Source: an uncultured Spirochaetaceae bacterium
Lineage (GTDB): Bacteria > Spirochaetota > Spirochaetia > Sphaerochaetales > Sphaerochaetaceae
Length of the DNA stretch: 64,000 nucleotides
Reading direction: 5' to 3'
Assembly (NCBI GenBank): GCA_944389075.1
Contig: CALXLA010000038.1
Span: 23,560 to 87,559, forward strand
Position numbers and translations under genes: made by a program. Below the pieces are notes generated by a model, which was not told the DNA's origin, ran no database searches, and saw only the letters and a program-made list of their open reading frames with translations. Every line of letters starts with the position of its first letter. The first letter of the stretch is position 1. Shown here piece by piece: positions 36,012 to 46,828 of this stretch.

Positions 36012-37051
36012 TGGAAAAAGTAATGTCAGCCATCAAATCATTCGGGCTTCCACGCTTAATCATCTCCCTCTTCCTTCTCGTCCTTTTCATCATTGCCCCA
36101 TTTGCAGGCATTAATGTAGGCGCATCAATCACAGATGTGCTCGGACGTTTCGGACAGAATGCGATCATGGTACTTGCAATGGTCCCGATGATCCATTCAG
36201 GGTGTGGACTCAACTTCGGACTTCCTCTTGGAATCATCTCCGGACTCCTCGGCGCGACACTCGCTATCGAGACAGGAATCCCCGGACCTGTTTCCTTCCT
36301 GCTCGCGATCCTCTACTCCACTCCATTCGCAATCATTTTCGGCTGGGGTTACGGAAAGCTGCTGAACAGGGTCAAGGGAAGCGAGATGATGATCGCGACT
36401 TACGTCGGCTTCTCATCTGTGGCATTCATGTCAATCATGTGGCTCATCCTCCCCTTCAAATCTCCGACGATGGTATGGGGATATACAGGACAGGGACTCA
36501 GGACGACTATCGCGACAGACGGATTCTATCATCACATCCTTCGTGAAGCTTTCGTGCTCAGGATAGGCAGCCTCTCGATCTCATTCGGGGAAATCCTGTT
36601 CTTCGCGATCTTCGCGTTCATAATCTGGGCATTCCTGCATACAAAGACAGGAACAGCCATGACAGCTGTTGGTTCGAATGCCGTCTTCGCAAGGGCATCA
36701 GGTATCAACATCGACAAGCAGAGAACGCTCTCTGTCATCATGTCGACATGGCTTGGCGCGCTCGGAATCCTCTGCTATCAGCAGGGCTACGGCTTCATCC
36801 AGCTTTACCAGGGGCCGATGTACATGGCAATGCCTGCAGTATCCGCAATCCTCATCGGAGGCGCTACTGTCAACAAGGCTAGCATCACAAATGTCATCAT
36901 CGGCACGATCCTTTATCAGGGCATAGTCTCGATGACACCTTCTGTCATGAACTCCCTGATTCACACAGATATGTCAGAAGTCCTCAGGATTATCGTCTCG
37001 AACGGTATGATCCTTTACGCTCTGACAAGAAAGACGGGGGCTTCAAGATGA
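36008..37051 (+). CDS. ABC transporter permease (RbsC/BMP family-2 type)
   Basis: 347 aa, polytopic. ATGA overlap with the ATPase gene. Confidence 0.85.
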   Translation: MMEKVMSAIKSFGLPRLIISLFLLVLFIIAPFAGINVGASITDVLGRFGQNAIMVLAMVPMIHSGCGLNFGLPLGIISGLLGATLAIETGIPGPVSFLLAILYSTPFAIIFGWGYGKLLNRVKGSEMMIATYVGFSSVAFMSIMWLILPFKSPTMVWGYTGQGLRTTIATDGFYHHILREAFVLRIGSLSISFGEILFFAIFAFIIWAFLHTKTGTAMTAVGSNAVFARASGINIDKQRTLSVIMSTWLGALGILCYQQGYGFIQLYQGPMYMAMPAVSAILIGGATVNKASITNVIIGTILYQGIVSMTPSVMNSLIHTDMSEVLRIIVSNGMILYALTRKTGASR

Positions 37052-38187
37052 AAAAAGAAATAACGCAGAAGGATGTCAGGAACTTCCTGGCAAACAATAT
37101 CGTTCCGATAATCTTCATCGTGCTCTGTGCTGCATGTATCCCAATCGCAGGATATTCAGGGCAGTATCTTGTAGACCAGATCATCACGAGAATCGTCCGC
37201 AACAGCTTCCTTGTCCTCTCTCTCCTGATTCCTATCATGGCAGGAATGGGACTCAACTTCGGCATGACGCTCGGAGCGATGGCTGGCCAGATTGGACTGA
37301 TCTTCGTGACGGCATGGAATGTCGTAAGCATCCCTGGCCTCCTGCTTGCAGCAATCATCGCAACCCCAATTGCCATTATCCTCGGCTGGTTCTGCGGAAA
37401 GATGCTGAACATGGCAAAAGGAAGGGAGATGATCACAAGCTACATGATCTCATTCTTCATGAATGGCGTGTATCAGCTTGTTGTCCTCTACGGCATGGGC
37501 TCCGTGATTCCTGTGCATTCAAGCCAGGTAATCCTTCCAAGAGGATATGGCGCAAGAAACACAATCGACCTTCTCAATGTCAGGAAGAGCATCGATAACT
37601 TCTGGACGTTCAGGCTCTTCGCGAATGAGAACGGCACTGGCGGTCTGACCATCCCTGTGCTGACATTCATCCTCATCGCCATTCTCTGTGTGATCATCGT
37701 ATGGTTCCGCAAGACAAAGCTCGGGCAGGATATGAGAGCTGTCGGACAGGATATGGAAGTCGCAAGGGAAGCTGGCATCAAGGTGGAAAGGACAAGAATC
37801 CTTGCCATCATAATCTCGACGGTATTCGCCGCTTACGGCATGATCATCTATCTTTCGAATATGGGAACCCTCAACACATACAACTCCCATTCGCAGATCG
37901 GCATGTTCAGCATCGCGGCGCTCCTTGTCGGTGGCGCATCCGTATCGAAGGCATCGATAAAGAACGTATTCCTCGGAATAGTGCTCTTCCATCTGATGTT
38001 CATCCTTACGCCGCAGGCTGGAAGGAATCTCATCGGACAGGCACAGATCGGTGAGTTCTTCCGCGTATTCGTATCCTACGGCGTCATCACGCTTTCCCTT
38101 GTTCTCTATGAAATCAGGACAAGACGCGAGAAGGCAGAGTCCGCAAAGACTCTTGCGCTCAGCCAGAAACAGGAGGCAAATGCATGA
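37048..38187 (+). CDS. ABC transporter permease (second subunit)
   Basis: 379 aa, polytopic, paralogous to the preceding permease. ATGA overlap. Confidence 0.85.
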   Translation: MKKEITQKDVRNFLANNIVPIIFIVLCAACIPIAGYSGQYLVDQIITRIVRNSFLVLSLLIPIMAGMGLNFGMTLGAMAGQIGLIFVTAWNVVSIPGLLLAAIIATPIAIILGWFCGKMLNMAKGREMITSYMISFFMNGVYQLVVLYGMGSVIPVHSSQVILPRGYGARNTIDLLNVRKSIDNFWTFRLFANENGTGGLTIPVLTFILIAILCVIIVWFRKTKLGQDMRAVGQDMEVAREAGIKVERTRILAIIISTVFAAYGMIIYLSNMGTLNTYNSHSQIGMFSIAALLVGGASVSKASIKNVFLGIVLFHLMFILTPQAGRNLIGQAQIGEFFRVFVSYGVITLSLVLYEIRTRREKAESAKTLALSQKQEANA

Positions 38188-38681
38188 AGTCAGCAAAGGA
38201 AATATTCGATATCAGGTTTTTCGTGCGCCTTGCCTGCATTCTCCTGATCATCGCGCTTGCAATCTTCCTCTACTTCTACGGCAAGCAGAGGACAGTCTAT
38301 ATCGATAACTGGTCAGCTGAGATCAATGGAACGAGATATTCGGCTGAGGACTGGGCACTTGTCAGTGTTGATGGAGGCGAGACGACGGAATTTGCTCCCC
38401 GCATGAGGATCGGCGTTCCGCTCAGAGGAAGGACACATACGATCAAGGTGACATATGATGACAGAAGCTATAACGAGATAGAGCTTCCGGAAGTAGAGTT
38501 CACTGTCGAGTATGATACTTCCCTTCTCTCCATCCCCGCTCTGGTCGCAGGAGTTCCTGTTGAGGACTGCATAAGCGAGTTCATAATACAGCCGGCTCCT
38601 GAGCCTGCGGCAGAAGATCCAGCAGCTGGTACTGATGATATGATGGACGCCGGATTCGGCGACATGTCGATGGAAATCTGA
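38184..38681 (+). CDS. Operon-terminal membrane-anchored protein of unknown function
   Basis: 165 aa. One N-terminal TM helix (FFVRLACILLIIALAIFLYFY), a beta-rich body, and an acidic Pro/Ala tail. ATGA overlap with the permease gene. Confidence 0.55.
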   Translation: MKSAKEIFDIRFFVRLACILLIIALAIFLYFYGKQRTVYIDNWSAEINGTRYSAEDWALVSVDGGETTEFAPRMRIGVPLRGRTHTIKVTYDDRSYNEIELPEVEFTVEYDTSLLSIPALVAGVPVEDCISEFIIQPAPEPAAEDPAAGTDDMMDAGFGDMSMEI

Positions 38682-38686
38682 TAGCT

Positions 38687-38713
38687 GGCCACCTCCGGGT
38701 GGCCTTTTCTTTT
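38687..38713 (+). terminator. Rho-independent terminator
   Basis: GGCCACC-tccg-GGTGGCC followed by TTTTCTTTT. Confidence 0.7.
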
Positions 38714-38718
38714 GGGTG

Positions 38719-38747
38719 TTCACACTCATCTTCAAATCGTATATATT
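38719..38747 (+). promoter_or_regulatory. Candidate tig promoter
   Basis: TTCACA, 17 nt, then TATATT, about 40 nt upstream of the tig ATG. Confidence 0.4.
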
Positions 38748-38789
38748 TATACAGCTGACTAAACAAAGCTAATGTAAAGGAAGGAAAAC

Positions 38790-40175
38790 ATGATTACGGA
38801 TAAAAACGTAAAAGAGCTCGAAGGATCTAGAGCGGCTCTTACAGTCACTATTGATGGAAAGGCAATTGAGGAAGAGTACACAAATCGTCTCCAGAAATAT
38901 GCAAAGGAACTGACGATTCCAGGATTCAGGAAAGGTAAGACACCAGCATCCGTAATCGAAAGGAAATTCGGCGATGCGATAAGGGAAGAAGCTGTCTATG
39001 AGATGATCGACAAGTCCCTTCAGGAAGCTGTAAAGGAACTCCCAGAGGAGCAGAGGCCTCTTCCTTTCGAATCCCCTCTTCTCAAGGAAGACGAGATCGA
39101 GAAGCCATTCAAGAAGGATGCTTCAGTCACATACACAGTCGAATATGATGTAACTCCGAAGGTGGAGCTTCCTGCTGCATACACAGGCCTTGAGGTCACG
39201 ACTCCTGTATTCGAAGTCACTGAAAGCGACATCGATGCAAGAATCGAAGAACTCAGGGACAGGATGGCTATCGTCAAGAAGAAGGATTCAGAAGCCAAGT
39301 CTGGCGATATCGTGACAGTCAGCTACGCAGAAGTCGATGGCGAAGGCAATGTCGTAGGAGAAAAGAGGGATGACTTCTCATTCACAGTCGGAACTGGCTA
39401 CAACTTCTTCAAGATCGATGATGATGTCATCGGAATGAAGCCAGGTGAGGAGAAGACTGTCGAGAAGACATACACAGAGGAAGACAATGTCCCTGGCTAT
39501 GCTGGCAAGACAATCAGGCTCTCAATCTCGCTCAAGGAAGCAAAGGAGAAGATCCTTCCAGAGGTTGACAATGACTTTGCTGAGGATGTGAAGGAAGAAT
39601 ACAAGACTGTCGATGATCTCAGGGCAGGCATCAAAGCAGAGTTTGAGAAGACTCTTGAGGAAGTCGGAAAGAACATCAAGAGCGAGGTTCTCATCGACAA
39701 GCTCTGCTCAGAGGTAGAGATCGTTATTCCTGAGTCGATGATCCGCAGCCAGCTTGAGAGCCGCTACCGCAACATGGCAAGACAGAGTGGTATCTCCGTG
39801 AACCAGTTCGATATGTTCCTCAAGCAGCAGAACATTGACAAGGACGCATTCCTTGCAAGCTATCGTGATCAGGAAGTGAAGACACTCAAGGCTCAGTTCA
39901 TCCTAGACAAGATCTCAAAGAAGGAGAACTTCCCTGTAGATGAAGCAGAGGTCACGAAGAGAGCTGAGGAGAGCCTCAAGAATGTTCCAGAGACGGAGCG
40001 TGACGGTTACCTCGATATAATCAGGGATGACCTCAGATACGAGCAGGTAGTGCCATTCCTTCTTGAGAAGAACACATTCAAGGAAGGAAAGAAGTACTCC
40101 TACTATGACTATATGTCTGGAGCATTCGAAGCTGATATGAATGCTGAAGAGACTAAGGAAGGACAGGCGAATTGA
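38790..40175 (+). CDS. tig: Trigger factor
   Basis: 461 aa with an N-terminal ribosome-binding block (GFRKGKTP), a central FKBP-like domain, and the tig-clpP-clpX gene order. Confidence 0.9.
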   Translation: MITDKNVKELEGSRAALTVTIDGKAIEEEYTNRLQKYAKELTIPGFRKGKTPASVIERKFGDAIREEAVYEMIDKSLQEAVKELPEEQRPLPFESPLLKEDEIEKPFKKDASVTYTVEYDVTPKVELPAAYTGLEVTTPVFEVTESDIDARIEELRDRMAIVKKKDSEAKSGDIVTVSYAEVDGEGNVVGEKRDDFSFTVGTGYNFFKIDDDVIGMKPGEEKTVEKTYTEEDNVPGYAGKTIRLSISLKEAKEKILPEVDNDFAEDVKEEYKTVDDLRAGIKAEFEKTLEEVGKNIKSEVLIDKLCSEVEIVIPESMIRSQLESRYRNMARQSGISVNQFDMFLKQQNIDKDAFLASYRDQEVKTLKAQFILDKISKKENFPVDEAEVTKRAEESLKNVPETERDGYLDIIRDDLRYEQVVPFLLEKNTFKEGKKYSYYDYMSGAFEADMNAEETKEGQAN

Positions 40176-40183
40176 CAGAAAGA

Positions 40184-40768
40184 ATGCATACTTTGGTTCC
40201 GTATGTCGTAGAACAGTCAGGAACCGGCGAAAGGCAGTATGATATCTTCTCTCGTCTTCTTAAGGACAGAATCATCTTCCTCGATGGGGAAATCAATGAT
40301 GCAACTGCAGATCTTGCAGTTGCTCAGCTTATATTCCTTGAAAGCGAAAGTCCTGAGAAGGATATCAGCCTTTACATAAACAGCCCTGGAGGAAGCGTTA
40401 CCGCAGGGCTGGCGATTTATGACACGATACAGTACGTAGCATGCGATGTTGCCACGATCTGCATGGGACAGGCCTGCTCCATGGCTGCCCTTCTCCTTGC
40501 AGCTGGCACAAAAGGCAAAAGAGGCATACTCCCCTCTGCCCGTGTCATGATCCATCAGCCATCAGGCGGTGCTGAGGGACAGGCCTCCGATATCATCGTA
40601 TCGAGTCAGGAACTGCAGAGAATAAACCTTCTTACGCGTTCCATACTCTCAAAGCACACTGGACAGAGCGAGGAAAGAATCGCTCAGGACATCCTCAGGG
40701 ACTGCTATATGGATGCAGAGGCAGCTCTTGAGTATGGGATTGTCGACAAGATCATGAGGAGAGGATGA
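40184..40768 (+). CDS. clpP: ATP-dependent Clp protease proteolytic subunit
   Basis: [30 protein letters not shown], catalytic [14 protein letters not shown] at 40184; a TTG at 40172 is also in frame. Confidence 0.95.
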   Translation: MHTLVPYVVEQSGTGERQYDIFSRLLKDRIIFLDGEINDATADLAVAQLIFLESESPEKDISLYINSPGGSVTAGLAIYDTIQYVACDVATICMGQACSMAALLLAAGTKGKRGILPSARVMIHQPSGGAEGQASDIIVSSQELQRINLLTRSILSKHTGQSEERIAQDILRDCYMDAEAALEYGIVDKIMRRG

Positions 40769-42018
40769 TGGCAAGAGGTTCGAAATACTGCTCATTCTGC
40801 GGACGCCCTCTGAATGATGATGTGAGATACATCTCTGGACCTGGCGTCGCCATCTGCGAAAACTGCGTAGATACCTGCAATGATATCCTTTCTGAACATA
40901 CGCATACTGATGCTGCTGGTGGTATTGAGCTGAAGGAAATCCCTACTCCTGCTGAGATCAAGGCATATCTTGACCAGTATGTAATCGGGCAGGACAGTGC
41001 GAAGCGTGTCCTCTCTGTTGCTGTATACAATCACTATAAGAGGATCAAGTACGCTGACAAAATCGCGGAATCCGGTGTAGAGATCGACAAGTCAAACATC
41101 CTTCTTATCGGTCCTACTGGAACAGGAAAGACGCTCCTTGCAAGAACACTTGCGAAGAGGCTCGACGTCCCTTTCGCGATAGCTGATGCGACAACACTCA
41201 CAGAAGCCGGCTATGTCGGAGAAGATGTAGAGAACATACTTCTGAAGCTCATAGAAGCCGCTGACTATGACATTCCAAAGGCCGAACATGGCATCATCTT
41301 CATAGATGAGATCGATAAGATCGCAAAAAAAGGCGAAAACGTCTCAATCACAAGGGATGTCTCAGGCGAAGGTGTACAGCAGGCGCTTCTGAAGATAATC
41401 GAAGGCACCGTGGCATCTGTCCCTCCACAGGGAGGAAGGAAGCATCCTAACCAGGAAATGCTTAAGATAAACACAAGCAATATCCTCTTCATCTGTGGTG
41501 GTGCATTCGTAGGACTGGATAAGGTAATCGAGAGGCGTGTCTCCACATCGCAGATGGGATTCGGCGCGGAGGTTGCCAGCAAGGAGAACAAGGACATGGA
41601 TGCTCTCTTCAAAGAGCTGCTCCCTGATGACCTTGTGAAGTTCGGCCTCATTCCGGAGTTCATCGGAAGGCTTCCTGTCCATGTATCGCTGAACAACCTT
41701 GCGCTTGCGGATCTCCAGAGGATACTCACTGAGCCGAAGAACTCCATCATCAGGCAGTATCAGACATCATATGCCCTTGATGATATAAAGCTGACATTCA
41801 CGCCTGAGGCGCTTGAGCAGATCGCAAGGCAGTCCTATGAGCAGAAGACAGGCGCCAGAGGCCTCCGCTCTATTGTCGAGAATCTGATGCTCGGCATAAG
41901 CTATGACATCCCATCGATGACAGGTGTCAGGGAAGTCATAGTCGATAAGGACAATGTCATAAACAAGACAGAACCCAGGATAATAAAAGAAGATGGCAAG
42001 TATATTCCCGCCATGTGA
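40765..42018 (+). CDS. clpX: ATP-dependent Clp protease ATP-binding subunit ClpX
   Basis: N-terminal Zn finger C.FCG...C..C, Walker [17 protein letters not shown]. Confidence 0.95.
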   Translation: MMARGSKYCSFCGRPLNDDVRYISGPGVAICENCVDTCNDILSEHTHTDAAGGIELKEIPTPAEIKAYLDQYVIGQDSAKRVLSVAVYNHYKRIKYADKIAESGVEIDKSNILLIGPTGTGKTLLARTLAKRLDVPFAIADATTLTEAGYVGEDVENILLKLIEAADYDIPKAEHGIIFIDEIDKIAKKGENVSITRDVSGEGVQQALLKIIEGTVASVPPQGGRKHPNQEMLKINTSNILFICGGAFVGLDKVIERRVSTSQMGFGAEVASKENKDMDALFKELLPDDLVKFGLIPEFIGRLPVHVSLNNLALADLQRILTEPKNSIIRQYQTSYALDDIKLTFTPEALEQIARQSYEQKTGARGLRSIVENLMLGISYDIPSMTGVREVIVDKDNVINKTEPRIIKEDGKYIPAM

Positions 42019-42976
42019 TGAGAGGCTCCTCGATGCAATAAGAAATGCGTCAGGAGCCATTATCATCGCACACAAGAACCCGGATGGAGATGCAATCGCA
42101 TCTTCCCTCGCAGCAAGGGCAATCCTTTCAAGACTCGGGAAGAAGACACTTCTTCTCAACGATGGCCCATTTCTCAGAAGCGATATAAAGAGATATGAGA
42201 ACCTTTTCATGAAGGAGGCGGATGATGATTTCATCTCCGCATCGCCTCTTGTGATAGTTCTTGACTGCTCTACTCCAGACAGACCCGGCAATGCCTTCGA
42301 TAAGATAAAAAACCTGAAAAGAGTCATAATCGACCACCACTCAGCAGGAGTCCCCTTCGCAGATGAAGGGATGTCATACATAGTACCGGAATCCCCTTCC
42401 ACCACGCTATGCCTGAATCAGGTGAGGCAGGCTCTTGGTGTTGAGCTCGATGAGGAAATCGCATCATTCCTGTACATGGGATTCGCAACAGACTCGGGCT
42501 TCTATCATTTCCTCAGCAACAGGACAGCCCCTGATTCCCTGAGAGCTGCCGCCCAGTTCTGTGAAGCAGGCGTCTCCCCATACGATGTCTATGATGAGCT
42601 CCATGATGGCAGGAAGCTCTCTGATATCAAGGATATGGCAAAGGTAATACTTTCAGCAAAGCCCGTGCTGTCGGGACAGCTTCTGATCGCATATCAGAGC
42701 ATTGAGATGATTGATGGCAAGCTGAGCGATGGAGTGTATGCCTCCCTTCTCCAGACTGAGGGGATAAAGGCTGTCGTTCTTATCAAGGATAAGGGTGATA
42801 AGCAGGAGATCGGTTTCCGCTCAAAACATAAATCAGGGCTTGATGTAGGTGCTGTAGCGGCAATGCTCGGCGGTGGCGGCCATATGCATGCAGCAGGTGC
42901 GACCATAGCAGGCAGTACAGAAGATGCCGAAAAGACAGTAACCGATATCATAGGAAATATCCTCTCAGGAAGCTGA
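41993..42976 (+). CDS. nrnA: DHH/DHHA1 phosphoesterase (NrnA-like oligoribonuclease / pAp phosphatase)
   Basis: [14 protein letters not shown] (IIDHH) and the GGGH motif. It overlaps the clpX end by 26 nt, so the start is uncertain. Confidence 0.8.
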   Translation: MASIFPPCDERLLDAIRNASGAIIIAHKNPDGDAIASSLAARAILSRLGKKTLLLNDGPFLRSDIKRYENLFMKEADDDFISASPLVIVLDCSTPDRPGNAFDKIKNLKRVIIDHHSAGVPFADEGMSYIVPESPSTTLCLNQVRQALGVELDEEIASFLYMGFATDSGFYHFLSNRTAPDSLRAAAQFCEAGVSPYDVYDELHDGRKLSDIKDMAKVILSAKPVLSGQLLIAYQSIEMIDGKLSDGVYASLLQTEGIKAVVLIKDKGDKQEIGFRSKHKSGLDVGAVAAMLGGGGHMHAAGATIAGSTEDAEKTVTDIIGNILSGS

Positions 42977-43015
42977 ATCTATTGTTTCTGCTTTTGTAAA
43001 AGCATACAATCACGT

Positions 43016-44428
43016 ATGCGAAAAACAAAAATCATATGTACGATGGGTCCTGCCGTCGACAACGATGAGATGATCGGAAAGCTCATCGAAGGCGGCATGA
43101 ATGCAGCAAGATTCAATTTCTCACATGGAAGCCATGAAGAGCATAAGGCTCGCATGGACAGGGTCCGCAGAGTTGCCGGAATGATGGGCGTCCATATTCC
43201 GCTTATACTGGATACGCGCGGGCCTGAGATCCGCACAAAAGACTTCGAAGAAGGCTATGCGATACTCGAGGAAGGTTCTGAATTCACTCTCTATGCCGAG
43301 GACAGGCCTGGAGACTGCAACGGCGTCTCAATCACCTACCCTTATCTTGCGGAGGAAGTGGAAGCAGGGACATCAATCCTCATCGATGATGGGCTGTGCG
43401 CACTGACCGTAGAGGCAATCAAGGGAAACGATGTCGTCTGCCGCGTCCTTAACACATCCAGGATTTCCAACCACAAATCAATCAATATACCCGGAATAGA
43501 TATCGACCAGCCTTTCATATCGGAAGCAGACAGGAGCGATATCCTTTTCGGCATACAGGAGGATGTTGATTTCATCTCAGCTTCATTCGTTCGCACAGCA
43601 GACGATGTGAAGAAACTCAGGAAGCTTCTCAATGTCAATGGCGGAGAGAAGATCAGGATAATCGCGAAGATCGAGAACAGGAGAGGCATAGAGAATCTCG
43701 ACAGCATACTGAAAGTCGTTGACGGCATAATGGTCGCCCGCGGCGATATGGGTGTCGAAGTGCCATTCAAGGAACTGCCTGTCATACAGAAGATGATGAT
43801 CAGTAAGTGCATGAAAGCCGGCAAGATCGTCGTCACTGCAACGCAGATGCTCGATTCAATGACAGAGCATGCAAGGCCTACAAGGGCAGAAGTCTCAGAT
43901 GTCGCGAATGCGATCTTCGATGGAACAACATGCACGATGCTCAGCGGTGAGACAGCAAACGGAAAATACCCCGTTGAAGCTGTGAGGACAATGTCAGAGA
44001 TCGCGGAATATACGGAGAAGGAAATCGATTATCGCCAGCGCTACTATGCAAATCAGTCTTCCTCCCCTCTTGATATCCCGACAACGATTGCAAACTCCGC
44101 TGTCGAGGCATCATTCTCCCTCGATGCCAATGCGATAATCTGCATGACGGCAACAGGCAGGACAGGCTGGCTGACATCATCATTCAGGCCAGAATGTCCT
44201 ATCATCGTCTGTGTCACTGATGAGAAAGCGGCAAGGCAGCTGAACCTTGCCTATGGCGTCAAACCGATGCTTGCGTCATTCACGACAGATCCTGCAAAGA
44301 TGCGCGAGCAGTCCTTAGAGCTCTCCTACAAGTCACAGGCAATAAAGGAAGGAGATCTCGCAGTCATCGTATCTGGTTCCATTCCTGGTTTCAATTACGC
44401 TGATTCGATGCAGATCTCAAGGATATAA
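43016..44428 (+). CDS. pyk: Pyruvate kinase
   Basis: MRKTKIICTMGPA, ARFNFSHG, MVARGDMGVE, TQMLDSM. Confidence 0.95.
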   Translation: MRKTKIICTMGPAVDNDEMIGKLIEGGMNAARFNFSHGSHEEHKARMDRVRRVAGMMGVHIPLILDTRGPEIRTKDFEEGYAILEEGSEFTLYAEDRPGDCNGVSITYPYLAEEVEAGTSILIDDGLCALTVEAIKGNDVVCRVLNTSRISNHKSINIPGIDIDQPFISEADRSDILFGIQEDVDFISASFVRTADDVKKLRKLLNVNGGEKIRIIAKIENRRGIENLDSILKVVDGIMVARGDMGVEVPFKELPVIQKMMISKCMKAGKIVVTATQMLDSMTEHARPTRAEVSDVANAIFDGTTCTMLSGETANGKYPVEAVRTMSEIAEYTEKEIDYRQRYYANQSSSPLDIPTTIANSAVEASFSLDANAIICMTATGRTGWLTSSFRPECPIIVCVTDEKAARQLNLAYGVKPMLASFTTDPAKMREQSLELSYKSQAIKEGDLAVIVSGSIPGFNYADSMQISRI

Positions 44429-44482
44429 CAAATATATTGAACGCTCCATTGGAAAAAGCTATGATTCCGATGGAGTTTTCTC

Positions 44483-45424
44483 ATGGCTAATACGAAAATG
44501 CTGTCAAAGATGTCTGTGGTCTTCCTTCTTGCCATGCTATGCTGCTTTTTATGGGGAAGTGCCACACCATCAATCAAAATCGGATATGAGATCTTTGGTA
44601 TTGCCAGCACCGATACGATTTCAATCATTCTCTTTGCGGGCATAAGGTTCTTCCTTGCAGGAATACTGATCATAATATTCCAGTCCCTGATGGCAGGGAA
44701 ATTCATCAGGCCTGAGAAAGGTTCCTTCCCATATATCCTCAAGCTGTCACTTGCCCAGACTATGATCCAGTATTTCTGCTTCTATGTCGGTCTTGCCCAT
44801 ACAAGCGGTGTCACAGGAACAATTCTTTCGGGAACATCAGGCTTCTTCTCGATCATTATCGTCAGTCTGATCTTCAAATACGAAAGGCTCACAACCAATA
44901 AGATCATCGGATGCATAATGGGGCTTCTTGGTGTCATTGTCATGAATCTGACATTCGATGGCGGTGCCTCATTCCACTTCTCCATCCTTGGAGAGGGACT
45001 TGTCCTTATGTCGGCCATCAGCCTTGCAGTCTCCGGAATCCTTGTCAAGAAATACTCCGCAAAATACAGTGTCGTAATGCTCAGCGGCTATCAGTTCATC
45101 CTCGGTGGTGCTGTCATGATCATAGTCGGACTTGCTCTCGGCGGAAGAATAGATCTTGTACCGCAGTTCTCGGCTTATATGCTCCTCCTCTACATGGCCT
45201 TGATATCCGCAGTAGCATATTCAGTATGGGGAATCCTGATGAAGTATAACCCTGTAAGCCGCGTATCGATCTTCAGCTTCCTCACGCCGCTCTGGGGCGT
45301 GATACTCTCCGCAATCTTCCTTGGAGAAGTCGAGCAGGCGCTGCAGCTGAATAAGCTCCTTGCGCTGATTCTCGTCTCCGCGGGAATCTTCGTAGTGAAC
45401 AGGAAGCAACCTGAAATCGCATGA
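44483..45424 (+). CDS. DMT superfamily (EamA-type) transporter
   Basis: 313 aa, 10 TM helices as two EamA repeats. Confidence 0.85.
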   Translation: MANTKMLSKMSVVFLLAMLCCFLWGSATPSIKIGYEIFGIASTDTISIILFAGIRFFLAGILIIIFQSLMAGKFIRPEKGSFPYILKLSLAQTMIQYFCFYVGLAHTSGVTGTILSGTSGFFSIIIVSLIFKYERLTTNKIIGCIMGLLGVIVMNLTFDGGASFHFSILGEGLVLMSAISLAVSGILVKKYSAKYSVVMLSGYQFILGGAVMIIVGLALGGRIDLVPQFSAYMLLLYMALISAVAYSVWGILMKYNPVSRVSIFSFLTPLWGVILSAIFLGEVEQALQLNKLLALILVSAGIFVVNRKQPEIA

Positions 45425-45426
45425 CG

Positions 45427-45458
45427 AAATGCCGGCTCATCCGGCATTTTTTTTATTT
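45427..45458 (+). terminator. Rho-independent terminator
   Basis: AAATGCCGG-ctcat-CCGGCATTT followed by a T run. Confidence 0.75.
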
Positions 45459-45494
45459 CAATAATGACTGAAGTCCTGTAGAATCTTCATCGGA

Positions 45495-45881
45495 ATGGGT
45501 ATTACAGTAATAATCGCACTTGAAGACAGAGACGGATTGTCGCGATGCGGGAAACGCCTGTCAAAAGACAGAGTCATGCTCAGCGATATCAAGAGAGAGT
45601 TCAGCCATATCTTTGCCTCCGAGTACACGGCAGCCCTTTTCCCTGAGCCGGGTTATGTATCACCTATTCCGCCTGTGCTTCCAGATGATGCTGTCCTCTT
45701 CCTTGAGCTGGAGGACATCCCTGAGAATGCAGAGGATCTTATTGTATATCGCTGGAACAGACGCTACCCATCTGACAGGAAATACACGCCAGCAGATAAT
45801 GGCTGGGAACTTGTCTCCACAGAAGATTTCGCTGGCTACTCCCACCCGAAGATCACAAAGGAGCGCTACAGGAAAAAGTAA
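45495..45881 (+). CDS. Conserved-looking hypothetical protein (distant DHFR-like pattern)
   Basis: 128 aa. ITVIIALEDRDGL...LIVYRWNRRYPSDRKY...GYSHPKITKERY recalls the first and last strands of DHFR-fold proteins. No cofactor motifs seen. Confidence 0.5.
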   Translation: MGITVIIALEDRDGLSRCGKRLSKDRVMLSDIKREFSHIFASEYTAALFPEPGYVSPIPPVLPDDAVLFLELEDIPENAEDLIVYRWNRRYPSDRKYTPADNGWELVSTEDFAGYSHPKITKERYRKK

Positions 45882-45904
45882 GCACTCCCGGGCAGGAGCT
45901 GAAA

Positions 45905-46828
45905 GTGAAAAGACATATTCTCATGACAATGATGATGCTGTTGCTGCTTTTGCTGACAGTATCATGCGATCTGCTATCCTCATGGTTCGGGGATATTGCA
46001 GGAAATCCTCCCGACAGTGATTTGTCGGGCAATACACAGGATTTATGTGAAATCAGGAACAATGATGTCCCATATTACAATAAAAGTGAATATGACTATG
46101 CTGAGGGAAAAGGATATTTCATAGAACTCAGCCCGCTTGATGAATATGGCAGAGTCGGGATGTGCTGGGGGCTTTTCGACAAAGACCATATGCCTGACTA
46201 TGAAAGGGATAATCTCGACACAAATCCTACAGGCTGGCATCAGAATTATTATGATCCGTCAATTGTGCATGGAGGATGGCTCTATTCAAGGGCGCATCTT
46301 CTGGCTTTCCAGCTCAGTGGATTACAGGACAATCCACTGAATCTCATGACAGGCACACGGGATTTCAACAATGAGGGCATGCTTCCTTATGAGAACATAA
46401 CAGCAGATCACATCAAAGAGGAAGATACACATAGGATTCTCTATCGTGTCACGCCGGACTTCGGTGATGGCGGCAATCTTCTTGCATATGGAGTGCTGAT
46501 TGAATCCGATTGCCTCGATTGCGATGACGATGCGGACTTCTGCGTATATGTGCACAACATACAGACAGGCATAACACTCGATTATACGACTGGAAGGAAC
46601 TGGCTTGAAGACGCAAATATCGAAGCAGAGGATCCCTCTGCCCTTCCAGGCGCTGAGGAATTCATCATCAATACGTCGAACCGCAGATTCCATATACCGA
46701 CGTGCCGGTACGTACAGAATATGAATGAGGAAAACAAACTTGAAATCACAGCACCTAAGGACTGGATGACATCGCGAGGTTATGATCCATGCTCAGCATG
46801 CATAGGAGATGAGAGCTCAAGTCAATGA
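45905..46828 (+). CDS. Secreted lipoprotein DNA/RNA non-specific endonuclease with C-terminal Ada-type Zn-ribbon
   Basis: GTG start preceded by AGGAG. Lipobox LLLLLLTVSC. Nuclease core YSRAHLLAFQLSG...NLMTGTR.FN...M.PYE. C-terminal FHIPTCRY...GYDPCSAC. Confidence 0.8.
   Translation: MKRHILMTMMMLLLLLLTVSCDLLSSWFGDIAGNPPDSDLSGNTQDLCEIRNNDVPYYNKSEYDYAEGKGYFIELSPLDEYGRVGMCWGLFDKDHMPDYERDNLDTNPTGWHQNYYDPSIVHGGWLYSRAHLLAFQLSGLQDNPLNLMTGTRDFNNEGMLPYENITADHIKEEDTHRILYRVTPDFGDGGNLLAYGVLIESDCLDCDDDADFCVYVHNIQTGITLDYTTGRNWLEDANIEAEDPSALPGAEEFIINTSNRRFHIPTCRYVQNMNEENKLEITAPKDWMTSRGYDPCSACIGDESSSQ

Noticed and set aside
45520-46020. 166-aa ORF in an alternative frame over the 128-aa gene and the start of the nuclease gene.
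   Set aside because: It overlaps two better-supported genes in the same orientation. The product is Ser/Arg-rich and has no start context.
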